Origin: an uncultured Lachnospiraceae bacterium
Lineage (GTDB): Bacteria; Bacillota; Clostridia; Lachnospirales; Lachnospiraceae
Assembly: GCA_902792005.1 (NCBI GenBank)
Contig: CADAXW010000002.1
Coordinates: 6,292 to 70,291, forward strand
Reading direction: 5' to 3'
DNA length: 64,000 nt
Each line of letters opens with the position of its first letter. Positions within the stretch are counted from its first letter, which is position 1. The position numbers were made by a program, and so were the translations under genes. The notes beneath the pieces are model-generated. The model did not search any database. It saw only the letters and a list, made by a program, of their open reading frames with translations, and was not told where the DNA came from. Of the stretch, positions 57,465 through 64,000 are shown in pieces.

Positions 57465-58193
57465 ATGGAACTATTCGATATGCATTGCCATATCCTTCCG
57501 GGAGTGGATGACGGCTCCAAGAATATGGAGATGTCCCTGGATATGCTTCAGATCGCCTATGAAGAGGGAACCAGGAAGATATTACTGACCCCCCATTATA
57601 TGATCGGCAGGAATCATTACAAGGGCCCGGAGGTCCTGGATGAACGGTTTCAGGAGCTGAAGGCCGAGGCGGCAAAACGATACCCGGAGCTCACCCTGTA
57701 TCTCGGAAATGAGATCCTCTATGAGGAGGGCGTGGTAGAACTGCTGAAAACCGGGCAGATCCATACAATGAACGGCACCAGGTATGTGCTGGTGGAGTTC
57801 AATGTAACGACCCCCTTCCGACAGATCCGCGAGGCCATCCGGCTTCTTTCCGAAGCCAGATATCTTCCAATTATCGCGCATGTTGAGAGGTATCATTGCC
57901 TTACAAAGCGGATGGAACGGATCGAGGAAATGCTGGACATGAGAGCGCTGCTTCAGATGAACATTTCCAGCGTTGAGGGTGGATTCCTGAATGAAAACAA
58001 ACGTTGGTGCAGAAAGCTGCTGAAGGATGGATGTATCACCTTTCTGGGCACGGATGCACACAATGTAGACAGCCGCGCTCCCTACACGCAGGATTATATA
58101 CCCTGGCTCAGGAAGCACTGCGGCGATGAAGAAACGGAATATATGCTCACCGGAGCAGCAGAGATGATGGTCCGGGGAGATTATATAAATTAA
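57465..58193 (+). CDS. cpsB: CpsB/CapC PHP-family tyrosine phosphatase
   Basis: DMHCHILPGVDDG, TPHY, AHVERY, GTDAHN. Confidence 0.92.
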   Translation: MELFDMHCHILPGVDDGSKNMEMSLDMLQIAYEEGTRKILLTPHYMIGRNHYKGPEVLDERFQELKAEAAKRYPELTLYLGNEILYEEGVVELLKTGQIHTMNGTRYVLVEFNVTTPFRQIREAIRLLSEARYLPIIAHVERYHCLTKRMERIEEMLDMRALLQMNISSVEGGFLNENKRWCRKLLKDGCITFLGTDAHNVDSRAPYTQDYIPWLRKHCGDEETEYMLTGAAEMMVRGDYIN

Positions 58194-58226
58194 CCATTAA
58201 CTATATTTTTTTGATTAGGAGTTCTC

Positions 58227-58979
58227 ATGGAAGAGAGATACGAAGAAACGGAAATTGACCTCGTGGAGGTCTTTCACGTACTGATATCGAAGATCTGGTT
58301 TATCATTTTGCTGGCCGCACTGGGCTTCGGAATGATGGTCGGTTATACAATGTTATTCGTTAAACCGACCTACAGTAGTTCTTCTACGATCTACATTCTG
58401 ACCAAGACCACCAGCATCACAAGCCTTGCGGATTTTCAGATCGGTACCCAGCTGACACAGGATTACAAGGTTATCATCACAAGCCGTCCGGTTCTGGAGG
58501 AAGTGATCGAGAATCTCGGATTGAATATGAGCTATGACACCCTGAAGGGACAGATCAGCGTTAATAATCCGGATAATACCCGATTCCTCGAGCTTACGGT
58601 AAAGAACAATGATGCATATCTTGCAAAGAAGATCGTAGATGAGCTGACAAATGTATCCGTGAAGAAGACAGCGGAGGTCATGGAGACAGAGCCGCCCAAC
58701 ATCATGGATTACGGACAGCTTCCGGAGTCACCCATTGCTCCCAGCATGAAGAAGAACGGAATCATCGGCGGACTTCTTGGCCTGGTTCTGGCATGTGCCA
58801 TCATCATCATCCGGTACATGATGAATGATTCCATCAAGAACGGCGAGGATGTTGAGCGTTATCTGGGCCTGAATGTTCTGGGAATGATCCCGCTGGAAGA
58901 GGGTGTATCCAAGCGGAAAACCCATGGGCATGACCGATCCGGGCGAAATAGAAAGAAACGAAAGAAACACGCGGCATAG
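58227..58979 (+). CDS. cpsC: CpsC/Wzz chain-length regulator (BY-kinase activator)
   Basis: EIDL, PTYSSS, SRPVLEEVI, PIAPS..KN.IIG, two TM helices. Confidence 0.9.
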   Translation: MEERYEETEIDLVEVFHVLISKIWFIILLAALGFGMMVGYTMLFVKPTYSSSSTIYILTKTTSITSLADFQIGTQLTQDYKVIITSRPVLEEVIENLGLNMSYDTLKGQISVNNPDNTRFLELTVKNNDAYLAKKIVDELTNVSVKKTAEVMETEPPNIMDYGQLPESPIAPSMKKNGIIGGLLGLVLACAIIIIRYMMNDSIKNGEDVERYLGLNVLGMIPLEEGVSKRKTHGHDRSGRNRKKRKKHAA

Positions 58980-59002
58980 CGGACGTGAAAAGGAGATAGG
59001 CT

Positions 59003-59773
59003 GTGGCACAGCAGATAAGATTTGAAAATATCAAAGACCTTGATTTCAAGACGAACGAGGCATATAAGCGTGTTCGTACGAATATTACATTTTCGGGCGA
59101 GGACATCCGGGTGGTTGCAGTGACCAGTTCCATTCCGAATGAAGGAAAATCAGAGGTTTCCTTCCGCCTGGCCCAGGCCTTTGCCGAGGATGGTAAGAAG
59201 GTACTGTATATCGATGCGGATATCCGCAAGTCCGTAACGGTTGCCCGTTATGGTGTGGATCGTGAGACAAAGGGGCTTTCTCATTATCTCTCCGGTCAGA
59301 CAAAGAATCTGGAGGATGTGATCTACGAGACCAATATCGATAATCTTTCCATGATCTTTACCGGTGCAAAGGCACCGAATCCGGCGGAGCTTCTGGGACG
59401 TCCGAAGTTCGCGAAAATGCTGGAAACTCTGAAGGAGCAGTATGATTTTATCATTCTTGACTGCCCGCCTCTGGGAAGCGTTATCGATGCGGTTCTGGTT
59501 GCAAAGAACTGCGATGGAACGATTCTCGTTATTGAGTCTGACAATGTCAGCTACAAGATGGTTCAGAATGTGAAGAAGCAGCTGGATCAGAGTGACTGCA
59601 AGATCCTGGGCGTTGTCCTGAACAAGGTTCAATCCGGCGGAAAGGGCTACTATGGCTATTATAAGGGCTACTATGGCTATTATGATGACTATGGTTATGG
59701 TTCTGAGGAAAGCGGATCGGATAATAAGGGCAGAAGAGGCAAAAAAGGTAAAAACGCTGAAAACGAAGAATAG
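59003..59773 (+). CDS. cpsD: CpsD/CapB BY-family tyrosine kinase
   Basis: EAYKRVRTN, SSIPNEGKS, IDADIRK, DCPP, GVVLNK, C-terminal GYYGYYKGYYGYYDDYGY. Confidence 0.93.
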   Translation: MAQQIRFENIKDLDFKTNEAYKRVRTNITFSGEDIRVVAVTSSIPNEGKSEVSFRLAQAFAEDGKKVLYIDADIRKSVTVARYGVDRETKGLSHYLSGQTKNLEDVIYETNIDNLSMIFTGAKAPNPAELLGRPKFAKMLETLKEQYDFIILDCPPLGSVIDAVLVAKNCDGTILVIESDNVSYKMVQNVKKQLDQSDCKILGVVLNKVQSGGKGYYGYYKGYYGYYDDYGYGSEESGSDNKGRRGKKGKNAENEE

Positions 59774-59847
59774 AAGCATAGAAGCATAGAAGAATAGAAA
59801 GAAATGTATGATCACGGAATAAGGATTATAACATTTGCGACAATATA

Positions 59848-59879
59848 GGATGGAGCGGTCAGACTGACTGACTCCATCC
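59848..59879 (+). terminator. Hairpin between cpsD and licD (terminator or stability element)
   Basis: GGATGGAG...CTCCATCC with an inner stem; weak T-tail. Confidence 0.45.
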
Positions 59880-59913
59880 GGTTTATTATGAACTGATAGG
59901 AGGAACTGAACCT

Positions 59914-60846
59914 ATGAGTATGAATCCGGAGTTCAATCTGAATGAACAGATCATGGATGAGTGGCTGGTGACCGCAGAGCAGAAGCGGATCTGGCAGGTA
60001 GAGCTGAATATGACAAAGGAGCTGTACCGCGTTTGCCGGAAGCATGGCGTTCGTTTGTCTGCCGGCTTTGGAACCACCCTTGGTGCTGTGCGTCATGGTG
60101 GCTTCATTCCATGGGATAACGATATGGATTTCGTGGTTTCCCGCGGAGACTATAATAAGCTGAAGACTCTGGCGTCTGAGTTTCAGGAGCCCTACTTCCT
60201 TCAGACCGTGGAAACGGAAAACGGAAAATGGTTCCGCGGCTGGCTTCGGCTGGTGGACTGCAATACCACCTGCATCACGCCCAAGGATATGGGGAATCCG
60301 GATGCACATCAGGGCATTTACATCGACGTCCTGCCGCTGGACAAGAACCCGGATCCTTCGGACACCGGAAAGTGTAAGCGCTTCGCATTTCAGGTACAGC
60401 TGATGCGTTATCTTTGTCTTCTTAAGGTATACGGGAAGCAGGAGATCAAGGGCGGACTTCCGAAGCGTATCGTCGGAAATGTACTGCATTTCCTTCTGAA
60501 GCCGGTAAACTCCGTGAAGCTCTGCCGGAGATTTGATATGGTCTGCGCAAAGTATAACAAGACCGATTTTGACGGCTACAGTTCCATAGCATTTGGATAT
60601 GGAAAGAATACAAGATATCAGTATATGCACACCAGATCCCAGCTTCGTCCGCTGAAGACAACGAAGTTCGAGAATATCGAGGTGGATATTCCCGTGAATT
60701 ATGATGCATACCTGAAGAGCATTTACGGAGAGAAATATATGGAGTTCCCGTCCATGAAGGACAGGGAGTTCCACTACCAGAATATCATGGATCCGGATAC
60801 CCCGTACAAGGACTGGAAACCGGAGGAGAGCAGGAGCGAGGAATGA
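59914..60846 (+). CDS. licD: LicD-family phosphotransferase
   Basis: GTTLGAVRHGGFIPWDNDMD, GIYIDVLPLD, YL.SIYG. Confidence 0.9.
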   Translation: MSMNPEFNLNEQIMDEWLVTAEQKRIWQVELNMTKELYRVCRKHGVRLSAGFGTTLGAVRHGGFIPWDNDMDFVVSRGDYNKLKTLASEFQEPYFLQTVETENGKWFRGWLRLVDCNTTCITPKDMGNPDAHQGIYIDVLPLDKNPDPSDTGKCKRFAFQVQLMRYLCLLKVYGKQEIKGGLPKRIVGNVLHFLLKPVNSVKLCRRFDMVCAKYNKTDFDGYSSIAFGYGKNTRYQYMHTRSQLRPLKTTKFENIEVDIPVNYDAYLKSIYGEKYMEFPSMKDREFHYQNIMDPDTPYKDWKPEESRSEE

Positions 60847-61604
60847 ATATAGCAGTGATTCTTGCAGGAGGTGTGGGCAGCCGTCTGGGCGCTGACATCC
60901 CCAAGCAGTTTATCAAGGTTTTGGATAAGCCGGTAATTGCCTATACCATCGAGGCATTTCAAAAGCATGCAGAGATCGACGCCATCCTGGTGGTATGTGT
61001 TAAGGAATGGATCGACGAGATGGAGAAGATCCGGGAGGAATACGGACTTACCAAGGTGAAATGGATCACCGAGGGCGGAGATACCTTCCAGGCATCTGTG
61101 ATGAACGGAGTACATTTCCTGGCAGGAAAGGTGAGCCGGGAGGATATCCTGTTGTTCCATTTCGGAGCATCTCCTTTTATCGAGGAGCCGGTGATCACGG
61201 ATGTGATCCGCGTCTGCGGGGAGAAGGGAAATGCCATCTCCGCCACGGATTTCCTGCTTCTTTCAGGAATGAAGATGAAGACAACTTCAGTATCGGATCC
61301 CGAGAATTATACGACAGAGTATATCAACCGGGATACGGTTGCATGTATGAACACGCCCCATGCCTTCCGTTACGGTTTTATCGATGATATGTATAAGGAA
61401 GCTGTGGAAACAGGCGTGATCAATGAGGTGGAGCCTCATACGACAACGCTGATGTATAAAATGGGTCTGCCCATTTATTTCTCTTATGGAATGCAGACCA
61501 ACATAAAGATCACGCGGCCGGAGGATCTGGACCTGTTTGAAGGATACGTTCTGATGCGTGAGAGACGTGCGGCAGAGGCCCGCAAGCAGGAGAAAGAGCA
61601 GTAA
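60843..61604 (+). CDS. tarI: IspD/TarI-family cytidylyltransferase (copy 1)
   Basis: ILAGGVGSRLG..IPKQF, NIKITRPEDL; catalytic-region HDxxR and QTP appear diverged (HFGASP, NTP). Confidence 0.85.
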   Translation: MNIAVILAGGVGSRLGADIPKQFIKVLDKPVIAYTIEAFQKHAEIDAILVVCVKEWIDEMEKIREEYGLTKVKWITEGGDTFQASVMNGVHFLAGKVSREDILLFHFGASPFIEEPVITDVIRVCGEKGNAISATDFLLLSGMKMKTTSVSDPENYTTEYINRDTVACMNTPHAFRYGFIDDMYKEAVETGVINEVEPHTTTLMYKMGLPIYFSYGMQTNIKITRPEDLDLFEGYVLMRERRAAEARKQEKEQ

Positions 61605-61633
61605 GAAGAGCAGTAAAAAGAGAGTAGTAAAGA

Positions 61634-63085
61634 ATGGACGATAATGTTGGAAAAAAAGCGCTGAAAGCCGGGACATGGTACACGGTCTGTACCTTTATCC
61701 TGAAGGGCCTGTCATTCCTGACCATGCCGATCTTCGCGCGTATCATGTCCACCGAGGACGTGGGAATCTATTCAAACTACATATCCTGGATCACGATCCT
61801 GACATCAGTCTTTACACTGGATCTCTATACTTCCGTGAATCTGGCACATTTTGAGTATGATGACGACATTTACGGATTCATCTCAACCATCACGCTCTTC
61901 GGAACCGGAGTTACGGCGGCGTTCTATGCCATTGCCTGCATCTTCGTGGATCAGGTGACGGACTGGCTGGGCATGTCGGAGTATATGATGCACATCATGT
62001 TCCTGTATCTTCTGGTGCATCCGGCTCTCAGTGCGCTGCATGTAAAGTTCCGGGTCTATCTGCAATACAAGTACACCATTATCACATCCCTTGTGCCGGC
62101 CATCGCCTCGGTGCTGGTTGCCCTGGGGCTGGTGCTCATCGTTCCGGAGGACGGACAGCTGACGGCCCGCGTCAGCGGATATTATGGTGTATGGATCCTT
62201 GTATCCGCAGCAATCTATGTATATGTAGTGATGCGGGGAAGAAAGTTCAAAATGGAGTATGTGCGCTTCGCACTGCCCATCGCTCTTCCCATGGTACTAC
62301 ATTTGCTTTCAAATGCGCTGCTGTCCTACAGTGACCGGGTCATGATCAAAAGGTTCTGCGGCGAGACGGATACAGCGTACTATGCAACGGCATACAGCTG
62401 TGCCATGGTGATTTCCATCCTGTGGAATGCCATGAATCAGGCCTGGGCGCCCTGGGTTTATGAGAAGCTGCACAGGGGCGAGGATAAGGATATCGGAAAG
62501 GTGTCGCGGCCTATCGTCCTGATCTTTGCAGGAGGCGTGCTGCTGCTGACGCTGATGGCACCGGAGCTGCTGCTGATCATGGGCGGCCGGAAGTACCTGC
62601 CGGCGGTTTATGTTATCCCACCGGTCATGCTTGGGTATATCGCTCAGGTGCTGTACACCATGTATGTAAATATTGAGTTTTATTATAAACAGCAGAAGCA
62701 GATCATGAAGGGGACTATGGCAGCGGCGCTGCTGAACATCATCCTGAATCTGATCTTTATCCCCATATTTGGCTATGTGGCTGCGGCCTATACCACGCTG
62801 GTGGGATATATCGCGCTGTTCTTCTTCCACTATCTCTTTGTAAAGAAGCTGGGGAAGGAGAAGATCTACAGCCTGCGCTTCAATCTCTATGTGCTGTTTG
62901 GCTCCTGCGCACTTGGAATATCCATGACGTTCCTCTACGATTTTACGATCCTTCGCTGGATCGTCGTGGGAGGCGTGATGATCGCAGTATTCCTGTTTGT
63001 ATGGCAGAGGCGGAGTGAACTGAAGCGCTGTCTGAAGAAGAAGGATATCGTCGGGATCCTGCAGGTATGCAAGCTGATGAAGTGA
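61634..63085 (+). CDS. wzx: Wzx-type polysaccharide flippase
   Basis: 12-14 TM pattern; LTMPIFARIMS..D.G.Y, SDRVMI, G.YA.AY, IPIFGYVAAAYTT. Confidence 0.9.
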   Translation: MDDNVGKKALKAGTWYTVCTFILKGLSFLTMPIFARIMSTEDVGIYSNYISWITILTSVFTLDLYTSVNLAHFEYDDDIYGFISTITLFGTGVTAAFYAIACIFVDQVTDWLGMSEYMMHIMFLYLLVHPALSALHVKFRVYLQYKYTIITSLVPAIASVLVALGLVLIVPEDGQLTARVSGYYGVWILVSAAIYVYVVMRGRKFKMEYVRFALPIALPMVLHLLSNALLSYSDRVMIKRFCGETDTAYYATAYSCAMVISILWNAMNQAWAPWVYEKLHRGEDKDIGKVSRPIVLIFAGGVLLLTLMAPELLLIMGGRKYLPAVYVIPPVMLGYIAQVLYTMYVNIEFYYKQQKQIMKGTMAAALLNIILNLIFIPIFGYVAAAYTTLVGYIALFFFHYLFVKKLGKEKIYSLRFNLYVLFGSCALGISMTFLYDFTILRWIVVGGVMIAVFLFVWQRRSELKRCLKKKDIVGILQVCKLMK

Positions 63086-63146
63086 TCGGCAGAAATGTCG
63101 CAGGAGTTGGATACAGATAGAATGACAGAAAAGTGAGGGTAGGAAA

Positions 63147-63860
63147 ATGAGCAATATCGCACTTATCATTGCAGGAGGCTCGGGAAACCGGATGCATCAG
63201 GATATCCCGAAGCAGTTTCTTACGGTAAATGAAAAGCCGGTCATCGTATATACGCTGGAGGCCTTTCAGAATCATCCGGAGATCGATGCCATCGCAGTTG
63301 TCTGCATCGCAGGCTGGGAGCAGGTTCTCCGTGCATATGCAAAGCAGTTCAACATCACAAAGCTGAAGCATGTGATCCCCGGAGGAGAGAACGGACAGGG
63401 CTCCATCCGGAACGGCGTCTATGCCCTTGAGAAGGAGTATGATGCGAAGGATCTGGTTCTGATCCATGATGCGATCCGCCCCATGGTTTCGGCGGAGATC
63501 ATTTCAGACAACATCCGCGTGGCTTTGGAAAAGGGAAATGCAATCACAGTGATCCCCTGTGCGGAAGCCATGATGCAGACCGAGGACGGTGCGGTTTCCG
63601 TCGGAAGCTATCCCAGAGACCGGCTCAAGAGAACTCAGACACCGCAGGCCTTCCATATCGGTGACATTTGCGATCTGCACCGGAGAGCGCTGGAAGCAGG
63701 GATCACAAATTCGGTGGCATCCTGTACCCTGAAGATCGAGATGGGAGAGCAGGTTTATTTCTCAGCGGGATCTGAAAAGAATATCAAGCTGACCACTGTG
63801 GAGGATCTGGACATTTTCAAGGCACTGCTGGCGGCGAAACGTGCAGACTGGTTGAAGTAG
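63147..63860 (+). CDS. tarI: IspD/TarI-family cytidylyltransferase (copy 2)
   Basis: IIAGGSGNRM..DIPKQF, IHDAIRP, TQTPQAF, NIKLTT.EDL. Confidence 0.9.
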   Translation: MSNIALIIAGGSGNRMHQDIPKQFLTVNEKPVIVYTLEAFQNHPEIDAIAVVCIAGWEQVLRAYAKQFNITKLKHVIPGGENGQGSIRNGVYALEKEYDAKDLVLIHDAIRPMVSAEIISDNIRVALEKGNAITVIPCAEAMMQTEDGAVSVGSYPRDRLKRTQTPQAFHIGDICDLHRRALEAGITNSVASCTLKIEMGEQVYFSAGSEKNIKLTTVEDLDIFKALLAAKRADWLK

Positions 63861-63874
63861 GCAGGAGGTTTCGG

Positions 63875-64000
63875 ATGATCTATAAAAGCAGCAGGTGGTT
63901 TCAGGATATCGACCGGGTAACGGAGGAGGCGCTTCCCTTTCTGGGGGAGATGGCGGGAAAGTCCGTACTCATCACGGGAGCGGCAGGCCTTGTGCTTTCG
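63875..64000 (+). CDS. NAD-dependent epimerase/dehydratase or reductase, 3'-truncated by the window edge
   Basis: ATG after AGGAGG; MIYKSSRW...GKSVLITGAAGL Rossmann-fold start. Confidence 0.75.
   Translation, partial: MIYKSSRWFQDIDRVTEEALPFLGEMAGKSVLITGAAGLVLS

Overview
Chromosomal window from an anaerobic Firmicute, most likely Lachnospiraceae (inferred from gene content: Flp1/DUF5702/DUF6382-type Tad locus, xxTGD-anchored surface proteins, AGGAGG RBSs, TGnTATAAT promoters). In order: a tightly coupled TPR-HscC(Hsp70)-membrane-DUF6765-DUF308 operon (5' end truncated), VOC protein, aroB, an ECF sigma/anti-sigma/lipoprotein cassette, metY, a ~2830-aa sortase-anchored multidomain adhesin, two GGDEF/EAL proteins, a YczE-cdd-K+ channel-maf cluster, a HAD gene bracketed by two 76-bp REPIN-like palindromes, azlCD, a stand-alone PTS IIC, an orphan homologue of a small CRISPR-associated (ring-nuclease-like) family, a Tad/Flp pilus operon ending in DUF6382-FHA, a 1606-aa subtilase-ester-bond surface protein, rsmG, an LCP protein with a Tyr/Asp/Glu-rich repeat N-terminus, aroA/tyrA, and the start of a capsule/EPS locus (cpsBCD, licD, two tarI/ispD, wzx, truncated epimerase). 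No rRNA, tRNA, CRISPR array, integrase or transposase was seen. Best leads: the HscC/TPR/DUF6765 operon, the Tad minor pilin with two Zn-binding modules, the orphan ring-nuclease-like gene and the REP/REPIN-like family. All family assignments come from motif recognition by eye, not from database searches.
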